A DNA stretch of 64,000 nt from Anthoceros angustus (Eukaryota > Plantae > Anthocerotophyta), in assembly GCA_010909165.1 (NCBI GenBank), contig MU008155.1, forward strand, positions 1,054,001 through 1,118,000, written 5' to 3'. Below the pieces are notes generated by a model. That model saw only the letters and a program-made list of their open reading frames with translations, ran no database searches and was not told the origin of the DNA. A program made the translations under genes and the position numbers. Positions within the stretch are counted from its first letter, which is position 1; every line of letters starts with the position of its first letter. Shown here one piece after another: positions 1-10,923 of the stretch.

Positions 1-3000
1 GTGCTCGCATGACTTCAATATTGTTCTCATCGAACACGACATCGAACTTTCATGCATCGCTGGCGGGATCCCATAATCGTAAGCCTTTCGCTCATTCGCA
101 TAACCAATGAAGCGCACTTGATGCTTCCAACTTCTTCCGCGATTGCTTAGGAACATGCGCATATGCTACTGTGACCAAACACTCTCAAGTGTGAGACATT
201 TGGTTTCTCACCAAACCAAGCTTCATGGGGTGTCATAGAGCCACCTAGCGCCATGGTAATTGACATATTCTGTACGGTACCGCCAGCCAGATCCGTCGTT
301 GTACTTCTTGAAAGTCCACTTGCGATCGGCGGCTTTTCTCCGGTGGCAAATCAACCAACGTCAAGCGTTGTTTTCGAGCATCGAATTATACTCGATCTGA
401 ATAGCTTCATTCCGAACTCACCTTGAGTCCGTTTCGTGCTTCCTCAATTGTGAGCGGGATATCATCTTGAGAAGAAAACACCATTCGTCCGCTCACCATG
501 TTAAGCTGGGCATTCTCGAGGACCTTCCGGCGTCGGACCCTTGTCGACCGTCTCGGAATAGCTGCTGGTTCGTCCTCTGCATCCTCCAATCTTGGAACTA
601 ACTCCTCAACATCTTTCTTTGTTGTGCTCCTTAATTTCCTCCTCAGAATTCCTGCGGGAACAATAGGTGGTATGACCTCACTGTGGGATGTCCTCACCAT
701 CACCCTCCGGTGTGTGGTGATCCTCTTCTGTCATTGGTGGATGCAGGGAAGAAGGTGTCTGGATAAACTCAGGTTGAGTTCGTGTACCGTGCTCGCATGA
801 CTTCAATATTGTTCTCATCGAACACGACATCGAACTTTCATGCATCGCTGGCGGGATCCCATAATCGTAAGCCTTTCGCTCATTCGCATAACCAATGAAG
901 CGCACTTGATGCTTCCAACTTCTTCCGCGATTGCTTAGGAACATGCGCATATGCTACTGTGACCAAACACTCTCAAGTGTGAGACATTTGGTTTCTCACC
1001 AAACCAAGCTTCATGGGGTGTCATAGAGCCACCTAGCGCCATGGTAATTGACATATTATCGTGTACGCGCATGCATCGCCCAAAATATTTTGGCATCCTC
1101 CTTTCCGCTAGCATACTCCTAGCGCCATTGCAGATGGTACGATTCTTCCGCTCGGCGATCCTCACTGGCGTGTACCTTGTCACAATCGCCTCTCAATTCC
1201 GGTGCATTCATCCTTGAAGAGTTTACTCAAATACTCTCCTCCCCATCGTCAAGTTTCTTCAACTTCTTCCTGCTTTGTTTCTCCGCAATGCCTTAACATC
1301 CGAAATGCTTGAGAGCCACTCTTCCGCAGAAGTACACCGTTTCTCCTCGTAGTCCAGCCCTTTCACTTGAGTGAAACCGCGAGCCACTAGTCTCGCCTTA
1401 TGCCTTTCCAGATCCGACAAGATTGTACTTCTTGAAAGTCCACTTGCACGGCTTTTCTCCCGGTGGCAAATCAACCAACGCCCAAACGTTGTTTTCGAGC
1501 ATCGAATTATACTCGACGAATAGCTTCATTCCAACTCACCTTCGTGTCCGCTTTCGTGCTTCCTCAATTGTGAGCGGATATCATCTTCGAGAAGAAAACA
1601 CCATTCGGTCCGCTCACCATGTTGAGTGGCATTCTCGAGGACCTTCCAAGGCGTCAACCCTTGTCGACCGTCTCGGAATAGCTGCTGTTGGTTCGCCCCT
1701 CTGCATCCTCCAATGCCGGAACTAACTCCTCAACATGCCGCTCACAGTTTCCTCCTCCTCCGAGAATTCCTGCGGGAACAATAGGTGGTATGACCTCACC
1801 GCTGATGTCCTCACCATCACCCTCCTGTGTGGTGATCCTCTCACATTGGTGGATCCGGGACAAAGGTGTCTGGATAAACTCGAGTTGAGGTCCGTAAATA
1901 CCGTGTTTCCGCATGACTTCCAATATTGTTCTCATCGAACACGACATCGAACTTTCATGCATCCGCCCGACGGATCCCACAATCTGTAAGCCTTCGCTCA
2001 TTCGCATAACCAATGAAGCACTTGATGCTTCGTCGTCCAACTTCTTCCGCAGCTTGCTTAGGAACATGCTACGCAGCCCAAACACTCTCAAGTGTGAGAC
2101 ATTTGGTTTCTCACCAAACCAAGCTTCATGGGGTGTCATAGAGCCACCTAGCGCCATGGTAATTGACATATTCTCAGACGTACCGCCGCTGCCACGCATC
2201 CGCCCAAAATATTTTGGCATCCTACTTTCGCTAGCATACTCCTAGCGCCATTGCGATGGTACGATTCTTCCGCGATCCTCACTGTGTGTACCTTGTCGCC
2301 AATCGCCTCTCAATTCCCGCGTGCATTCATCCTTGAAGAGTTTACTCAAATACTCTCCTCCCCATCTCAAGTTTCTTCAACTTCTGTTTGTTTCTCCGCA
2401 ATGCCTTAACATCCGAAATGCTTGAGAGCGCCACTCTTCTTCCGCAGAAGTACACCGTTTCTCCTCGTAGTCGATAAACGAAATATAGTATCTCGTATCA
2501 TCCTTGCTTCCACTTGCATTGGTCCGCAAAGATCGAGTGGACAAGTTCCAAGACTTCTTTTGCTCTCTTGTGATCAAACATAAGACCTTCGGGATGCTTG
2601 CCTTTCATACAAGCGCCACATGACCAAGTTCTCGCCTGAGCTCCATGCTCGCCACGAGCTTCTTCCGCTCCATCTCCGTGAGAAACTTCAAGTTGGTATG
2701 CCCAAACCGTCTATGCCACGAAGGCATTTCCACCTTTCTCCGACATCGCCGAACCTCTTGGTCGTGAACCTCCATCCGCAAGTTCTCAGACGGCCTTTTG
2801 CCACCACATCGCCGTGCATCTGACCATTCTTCAGAAACAAAACTTCCTTCTTCGTAAAAAGGACCTGCAGACCTGCATCGGTCAATGGTGCCACGGACAT
2901 GAGATTTCTATGTAGGTGCGGTACAAACAGCGCTCCTTCCATTGCCTTGACCTCGCTGTCGAGCAATCTGAGCATGTACTCCCCCACACCCTCGACGCCT

Positions 3001-4024
3001 ATCTCGCTATCGTTCCCTAGGAGCACTATCGCTGTCTTCTCCATCCTGTAGTCTTGAAGGAGCTCCTTATCCTTCACCATAAAGGATGTACATGCGTAAT
3101 CTATCGCCGTATCGCTTCGCCAGGTACTAGCACGCGCGGCGACATTTCTTCATGGGGTGTCATAGAGCCACCTAGCGCCATGGTAATTGACATATTCAGA
3201 CGTACCGCTGCCATTGCATCCGCCCAAAATATTTTGGCATCCTCTAGCATACTCCTAGCGCCATTGCAGATGGTACGATTCTTCCGCGATCCCCGCCTGC
3301 GTGTACCTTGTCGCACAATCGCCTCTCAATTCCGGCCGTGCATTCATCCTTGAAGAGTTTACTCAAATACTCTCTCCCCATCGTCAAGTTTCTTCAACTT
3401 CTTGTTTGTTTCTCAGCTCAACATCCGAAATGCTTGAGAGCGTCACTCTTCTTCCGCAGAAGTACACCACGTAGTCGATAAACGAAATATAGTATCTCGT
3501 ATCATCCTTGCTTCCACTTGCATTGGTCCACAAAGATCGAGTGGACAAGTTCCAAGACTTCTTTTGCTCTCGTGATGAAACATAAGACCTTCGGGATGCT
3601 TGCCTTTCATACAAGCGCCACATGACCAAGTTCGCCTTCCGAGCTCCATGCTCCACGAGCTTCTTCCGCTCCATCTCCGGGAGAAACTTCAAGTTGGTAT
3701 GCCCAAACCGTCTATGCCACGAAGGCATTTCTCCGACATTGCCGTAACCTCTTGGTCGTGAACCTCCATCCGTATGTTCGACGGTGGCCTTTTGCCACCA
3801 CATCGCTGCATCCGACCATTCTTCAAAACAAAACTTCCTTCGTAAAAGGACTGCAATGGTGCCACGACATGAGATTTCTACGTAGGTGCGGTACAAACAC
3901 TCCTTCCATTGCCTTGACCTCGCCTGCCGAGCAACCGAGCCTGCACCCCCACACCCTCGGCGCCTATCTCGCTATCGCTCCCTAGGCGCACTGCCTTCTC
4001 CCTCCGTAGTCTTGAAGGAGCTCC

Positions 4025-4908
4025 TTATCCTTCACCATAAAGGATGTACATGCGTAATCTATCGCCGCATCGTTTCGCTTTGTACGTAGCACGCTGCATG
4101 ACATTTTCCTGCCTCCGCAACCTCACCTTTACTCTCACCCTCCGTGAGATGTGCGGTCTTCCGATCCTTGCAATCCTTCTCATAATGACCATACTTGAAG
4201 CATTTTGACCGCCCTCTTCACTATTCTCTTGTCCTTCCCTCGCGAGGACTCCCCCGCTTGTCCTTGTTCCGGTTGTTCCGTCCCTTCCCTTGATGAACAT
4301 CGCATGCTCCGGACTGTTGAAGATCCCGCCATTGGCCCAATCGAGTCTCCTTCGCCAACATCTTAGAGGTGACCTCCTCCCATGTGAGAGTGTCTTGGGC
4401 TATTAGGAAATCTATGAACCCCGACCAAGCTTCGCATAGAACGATATAGAAACATCTTTGTATGTCCTCCTCGGATAGCAAAGCGCTCGTTAGCGATGCT
4501 AGCGCAAAAGTGAAAGGTGTCGATGTGCTTTCGCAAATCGTCTCCGTCTGAATACTTCAATGTCGGCACGCGACAAAACAAGTGAAACACTTCACCTGCT
4601 CCCTTCTGACCATATTTCTCATTGAGAAGATTCCAAATGTACTCCGTGCCCTTGTCTGGTTCTCCGACCTTCAGCTGGACTGCCGCAGAGAGATTCATAT
4701 AGGAGAGCTGTACCTTGTGGTCTCTCCGCATCCATTCTCTCTGCTCTCTTCCCTCATCTTCGGGTTTCGGCTCTTTGCCCTCGGCAATGCCATACGCATC
4801 CTTTGCCATCAGCAGAACCTTCATGGACCTTTTCCATACATGGAACTCCGTTCCATCAAACACCCGCGTCCTCAAGGCCGCGGTGGTTACTGAGCCCATC
4901 GCCATCAC
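4025..4908 (-). pseudogene. Copia gag, frameshifted
   Basis: ORFs 4363-4908, 4221-4481 and 4025-4300 chain into a UBN2-type gag with a degraded zinc knuckle. Confidence 0.8.
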
Positions 4909-4949
4909 AACTCAGTCCTCTCTTATCAAGTCTCGCGATTAGTGTTCCC

Positions 4950-4960
4950 GCTCGATACCA
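4950..4960 (-). promoter_or_regulatory. Primer-binding site (tRNA-iMet type)
   Basis: TGGTATCGAGC on the minus strand next to the LTR; this is the canonical TGGTATCAGAGC minus one A. Confidence 0.8.
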
Positions 4961-5216
4961 TGAAAGAACTAGCTCGACAACAACCGCAACGCATGATCAA
5001 CACGCTTAGCGCATACAAGCAGAGGCAATGGATGGCACACAATAGCACCACCGGCTTAGATAGGCTCCACAAGACACATCAATATGGTGCACGGTGCTAC
5101 ATATATAGCCCTTAGGCTAGGCAACTATCGAGGAGGTAAGCCCTAGACTCGATAGTGCAATATCCTAATATATCCTAATATACTAGAGTAAGTAGCAGAG
5201 GATTGAATCTCTAACA
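4961..5216 (-). repeat. 5' LTR (256 bp) of the Copia element
   Basis: Minus strand reads TGTTAG...TTTCA, has a TATA-like tract near 5100-5108, and is directly followed by the PBS. Confidence 0.8.
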
Positions 5217-5638
5217 CGGATGGGTACCACACAGTGACGAGTCCTTCGATTGTCGTACCTTCATACTCTTAAGATAGGCTCCAGTCGCGAGGTAGTTCAA
5301 CTTGAACTATCACGATTATATGTATTCAATAATTGAAAAAATGCCATTACCTACCCGGAAAACGGGAAACAAATGCAAATTTCTTTCATCTCTTGCAGCT
5401 TGGAGGTTTATTATTCTAGGATGAACCGTTCTTATTTGATGATGTCGAGCCTCCGAGTTAGAGTCGCTTTCCATGTGTATCCAAGCCGATTTGGACAAAT
5501 AAGTTTTAGGGCACTTTCCATGTTCACATAAAACTGTGCACGTGGCCAAAAAGTGCCGGATTTTAAGGGCCCTCACCGGGACGAAACGCTGCTCCCGGTG
5601 GTGCACTTCACAAGTGGTTCTTCGCTCTTAGCACGATC

Positions 5639-6990
5639 ATGGCTGATCGTCAAGGGCACCCAATTCTCGCAGCTATGATGGCCGTTGTGGCCACAATCCC
5701 AAGCGCACAGCATATAGCGTCGCAGCTACATCTACAAGCAAGCTTATTGCCTGTGAAATGTGCAGATTTGTGTTCTCCTTCCTCCACGAGAATGTCAGAT
5801 GAGGAGGACACCCTCCTCACCACAATGTGGCTGCTGGTATGCACAGCAGCTCGATTGTACTGGAAGCCTCAGAGAAAGATAGGCATGTACTACATCAAGC
5901 CACGATCACTTCATTGGTGGGCAAAGTTCATGACAATTGTTCCAAGTGGAGATCCTAACCGATGGAGAGAGATGATCAAAGTCTCCCCAACCACATTCAA
6001 TTACATCTGTAGTGTTGTTGCTCCTGACTTGACCAGACGTCCTTCTCCAGGTCTCATTACCTTGCCAAACCGTAAGTTGCATGTTGCAAAACAGGTAGCT
6101 ATGGTTCTCACTAGAATGGGGACTGGAGATTCTCTTAGAGTAGTTGCTGAATTGTTTGGTGTAGCTGAGTCAACCTTGTCTAAGGTGGTGTGGAGGTTTG
6201 TGCGGTCGCTCACCTCTCGTGCAGCCCACCATGTGAAGTGGCCAACAGGAGTCGAGGCAAGTGAGGTGGAGATGGGTTTTCGGAATCATCGTGAATTACC
6301 AAATTGTAGAGGAGCTATTGATGTCACCCACATTGAGCTAGAATTGCCTCCATGTATGACCTCAACAGCCTACTTTGACCACATGAAGAATTATAGCATC
6401 ACTCTTCAAGGTACAGTCGATATGAGCATGCGCTTCATTGATGTCTATGCTGGCTGGCAGGGAAGTGTAAACGATTCCAGAGTTCTCAGTAATTCCAGCC
6501 TCTACCGACTGCAGAAGACAAGGAGCGACTCCATGGATCTGATATGCTTGTGGGGCCTCACAGAATCCAGGAGTACATAATTGGTGATGCCGGTTTCCCA
6601 TTACTACCTTGGCTTATTGTTCCCTTCCCTGGCAGAAACTTGAGCATGTTCAAGGAGTCCTTCAACTACAAACATAGCTCAAGCAGGATTGTGGTGGAAA
6701 GGGCATTTGGACGTCTAAGAGGTACATGGCGTATCTTGAATAAATGTCGAGTTTCACCAGATCCAAAGCAAGTTGGCAAATTGGCATTATACTGTTGTAT
6801 ACTACATAACATCAATATCGATATGCAGGATAGTGATGCTGACCGTGCCATAGACACAATCCCTCAGCATGATCCTGACTACATTACAGTTCCAAGTGCA
6901 AGGGCTACAGGTCCTGCAGGGGAAAGTTTAAGGGACAAGCTAGCCCTTATCTTGTGGCAGCAAGAGCATGACTCCGACCCCAGCGAGTAG
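5639..6990 (+). CDS. PIF/Harbinger DDE transposase (DDE_Tnp_4, HARBI1/ALP1-like); single frameshift near 6510
   Basis: Motifs LPNCRGAIDVTHI, NYSITLQGTVD, YAGWQGSVNDSRVL, YIIGDAGFPLLPWL, FNYKHSSSRIVVERAFGRLRGTWRIL, CCILHNI. ORFs 5639-6580 and 6544-6990 join if one base is restored at CGA-CT-GCA. Confidence 0.9.
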
Positions 6991-7421
6991 CCCCATACTG
7001 TAGCTCCACAAAAGAGCTTTGAAACAAGTCTATGTGGCTTCAGTTTCGTTTCAACCAGAGTCTGATATTCACTGGTAAAGTTCTGCCTCCATATGAGTTT
7101 CAACTTGGATTCTCCATCTTCTAGTATTCATAGTGCACTCCACACACGTTCCATACTATATGTTGTTATACCATGATGTAGCTCTTGACGAGGTCTTTCC
7201 AACAAGTACACATAGCTTGAATTTCGTTTCATCTGGAGGGAGATACGGATTTCTAAAGGTTTGCTATTACATGAAAGTTGATACCTCGTGTAGCTCTCGA
7301 CGAGAGCTTCCCACCAAGTACATATGGCTGGATTCAACGAGTCTCATTCTATAACTTGATTCATCGAGTCTCCAAGTTTCATATGAAACTGAAGTTCAGT
7401 CTGTAGCCTACAACTAACATA

Positions 7422-8128
7422 TCACAGTTTATCACCAAGCTTGAGAAGGCCGTCTCCAATTTTTCCTAGAGCTGCAATAAAACCAAGCCCAATCTCTCTG
7501 TTAACTTGCACCATATTGTTTATCACGTGAACCATGTCTTTATTACACTGCAACAACTCTTAATGCTTCCTTCTGTTGAACTGCATGCTCTCAGTATGAC
7601 GCATGCCTCTCTTGACTTCAACACCACCGAGAGCTTGAACAAATGATTGAGTCATTGTGAACAGTGTGGCATCAATGGCCTTCTCCTTTAATTTTCTGCG
7701 CTTAATCCTCTCCGTTGTCCATTGTTGGGGATCTGCTGGATCTTATGATGCCTCCTATGTGGGCTCACTTGCAACATCTGGTTGAGAACGGGAGCCTGAT
7801 TCTGTAGGTATCGATGAGCAACTTGAAGTACCCAGAGTCTGCAAAAAATTGGAGTCGACAATCATATCATCTGGAGGGTCAACAGCTGAGTTCACAACCA
7901 CCATCCAGGCCGCAATGGTTTCATACAATTCCTGGTTGAAGTCCACAGGCAGTTTTTTATCTTTCCTGTCTGAAGAGGGCCCTTCGAATCTAGTGCTTGT
8001 GGTTGAACCCCCATACTTCTTTTAGAAGGCAACCTTAGGCAATTCGAAGGGCCCTCTTCTTATGCTTCCGCTGTTCTACCACCTCAAGATTGTAGTCACT
8101 GCATCTGAATTTGCCCACTAGCTGCTGG
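7422..8128 (-). pseudogene. Myb/SANT-like trihelix protein (ASR3-like), probable second ORF of the Harbinger element; 5' end cut off by the LTR at 8129
   Basis: Manual translation gives QQLVGKFRCSDYN...DRKDKKLPVDFNQELYETI...coiled coil...REIGLGFIAALGKIGDGLLKLGDKL* (TGA at 7422-7424), with in-frame TAG/TAA/TAA stops. It is convergent with the transposase. Confidence 0.7.
7972..8059. repeat. Perfect 18-bp inverted repeat with 52-bp spacer
   Basis: GAAGAGGGCCCTTCGAAT (7972-7989) and ATTCGAAGGGCCCTCTTC (8042-8059). Confidence 0.9.
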
Positions 8129-9097
8129 TGATAAGTCCCCAAGTTGGATTCGAGATACTCCCATGTGGTGGATTTTGCCCTGGTCTCCCAGAGCTAGCCC
8201 CAATGGCCATACTTATCCCACGGTCGTCGAATACGTGGGTTCGATCCCAAGAGACTTGTCGGGATACGCTTATCCTGAGGGGTCGATCCTCACTCTCTCT
8301 CTCACGATTTCTTCTCTGTCACGACTTCCCTCATCGAATATGGGGTTTGGGTTCACTGGCCCACGGCCCCAAGTCGAGCCTTCTAGGTTCCTCTAACTTC
8401 TAAGACCCCAGAAAAACACTACAACAACAATATCCCAATAACTCGACCTCATGCTTTCTTCCGCAGCAATCCACTAAATCTATCCTCACCAGCTACTCGA
8501 GTCTCTCTTACGACACCAACGCCTAGAGTGACCGAAATCAAAGGATTTTCGCTTGGACCGGTAGCCCTGAGATTGCCCGTAACGTGAGCGCTCTTGGGTT
8601 AGGAAGCTCCCGACAGGTTGCTTCAGAACGAGTCTCTGATGTTAGCGCCCTACAAGATGCCAACAAGCAATAGGCACACAGCGATCTCAAGATGAAACCT
8701 GCACAAGGAAACAGGAAAACGGTTAAGAGGGGCGCGCGCGCCTCCCCTTTAACTCAGTCCCTCCGATCAACCTTACTCTTCTTCTTGATCGTCGTGCGGG
8801 CCAGGGTGGATCAGCGCTCTGGCAGGGGCACGACAGAGAAGAAGAACCACAAGTATTGATATTGAATTGGTTACATGGACCCCCTTTTATAGGTGGAGCG
8901 GTTTCTCAGAATATGTGCATCTTAAATGCCGGATGACCCTCCGGATTCCATGAGGGAATTCGTGACTGGCAGTCCGGACTTTTGACCCCACAGGGTAAGG
9001 TCCAGCTCACAACTGCAACCTCTCCCAGTCATCACAGTCACCGCCTCCCTCAAAATAGGGTCCCCCCCTCTTAAATATGGGTCCCACATTAGTGTCA
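8129..9097 (-). repeat. Probable 3' LTR (~970 bp) of a Gypsy-type (Tat/Athila-like) retrotransposon
   Basis: Ends TGATA...TGTCA (TG..CA with short inverted ends); CTATAAAAGG TATA box on the minus strand near 8884-8893; interrupts the trihelix ORF at 8129. No partner LTR in the window. Confidence 0.6.
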
Positions 9098-10923
9098 GTG
9101 TCCAAAAAAGAATGTCTCTAGCAGTCATCCTACGAGTCGTCCGACCAGCTAAGAGGTTCACCTTCGCTTGCTTCTCCTAACTTCACTGTCGCCTTCATCG
9201 TTGGCGCATCGCTTACCTCCTCCTGACTCGGACCGCTCATCAAAACTGCCCCTGGCGTCGCCTCCTACCTCCGGCTGTTCCTTAGGTAGGTCTGCTCCCG
9301 GGGAAAAAACAATTTCCCCTTCTTCTCTGGTAGGAGGTGCTCCCCCAACCGATCCATCCATAGGAGGTTCCCCTCCTACCACCTTACTTGTAGGAGGATT
9401 TACTCCTACCGTTCCATTAGTAGGAGGTAAACCTCCTACCTCTTCACACCTAACTGTGGACTTAGGTAGCTCCACAGTTTTCCCTCCGGGGGCTTGTCCC
9501 CTTCCTTCTTGTCCTCCTTCCGAGGGAGACGAATTCCCTTCGGCTGCTATAGTGCCTACCCTTGTAGGTGCATTGGTAGGATTAGGCCTACCTCCCTCTT
9601 CCTCGTCCGATGCTCCCACCAAGGATCACTTGCTTGCCGGGCTATGTCCAATAATAGCATGAATTGGGGGCAAAGTGGTGTGCCAATGCAATGTCAAGAA
9701 CCCTCTAAAAACTATGTTACCAAGATATTAGAAATACCTACGTCAATAGAACTTGAAAAAGCAAATCAATAAAAGATGATAGGGCCTTCCACAACACTCT
9801 CTGGGGCAAAGAATACGAAATGTGGGATGTGGAATGAAAAAGTTTGGTCATTTAGGTAGGAGGTAGGTAGGTGATTTCTGACCATCGTAGCAGGATCGCG
9901 ACTCGAGACGTCGTAGACAGTTGGTAGATAGTCCGGTAAGTCGGTAGTAGGAAAGGGACTTAGAATTTCCAACGGGGTACTAACCTTTAGGATTTACAGA
10001 CTAATCATGGCACCTAGGTTTATAGGCGAAAAGTCCTTGGGCTTTGGTAGGTCGCGGTAGGAAAAAACTACCTTGATCCTCAGAGGATGGGGTAGGTGAC
10101 CCTTGGCCTTCGGGTAGGAAAAGTTGGGTCGATTATTTCGAGGGGCGAAACTTCCTTGGCCTTCGAAAATCGCGCATGCAGATGAGGCTATATATGCCGG
10201 GGGGAAGGGGGGGCAGGGGGGCCGGATATAGCAAATCAAGTTTTTGAATAGAAGCACCATCGATGGTGCCACGTGGCGGACATCGCGGTGGAGCGCAACT
10301 AGAGAAATCCCCATTGGAATCTACATGTATCGGCAAAACTCCAGTAAGTCAGGGTTTGGACATTTTTTTTAGGAGTAACCTGGAGAAGACGGCGGCCGCA
10401 AGCAAAAGGAGGAAGACGCCTGCGAGCACGAGCTGGAATCCGAGGTTTTTGGTGCGCGAAGGAAGGACAGTTGGAATTCCTCAAGCGAGAGAGGAAGGGG
10501 AGGTCGCCTACACCTTTCGGAGCAAGGACGACAGGGAAACGAGGTAGTCTGCGACTGTTCTGGCAGAGGCGATTGCGGCACGAAGAGAGCTGGAAGCAGA
10601 GGCTCTGTGCAAGAAGGCGCGAGCTCAGAAAGCTTGCTGTGAAAGGAGCGCGCGAGCGTTAGGGGACGTTTGAGCTGAAGACTGTGAAGGCGCGCAAGTT
10701 GGAGAGGAGCTGGGAGGGCGAGAGGTTGCTGGAGAAGAGGGGCTGTCTTTTTGACAAGTGTTGGAGGGGAGTTTGTGGGGTTTAGTTCCAGTCTGAGGCA
10801 GGGAGACCCCTCGATTGGCAACTTTGGTGTCTTGATTCTTTGCTTACTCCTCCTCTCTAGCCTGATAGGTTGCTTTCCCCTACCCACCCAAATTCTATCC
10901 TTGTGTGTGCTCCTTTTGTGCAG

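Larger units (their letters stand above)
1..5216 (-). mobile_element. Ty1/Copia LTR retrotransposon, 5' part, internally scrambled and duplicated; runs off the left edge
   Basis: Gag (FDGTEFHVWKRSMKVLL, 4908 downward), protease region (LGNDSEIGVEGVG...LFVPHLHRNLMSV), GAG-pre-integrase (WHRRFGH), integrase (DLCGPM, YYISFID, AERKNRTI, TPHEAWFGEKPNVSHLRVFG) and RT start (KARLVARGFTQVKGLDY). Integrase segments occur 3-4 times. Confidence 0.9.

Noticed and set aside
5217-5300. Left TIR of the Harbinger element (GGGTACC.. or GGCTCCAGTCGC..)
   Set aside because: No right-hand counterpart or TSD in the window to confirm it.
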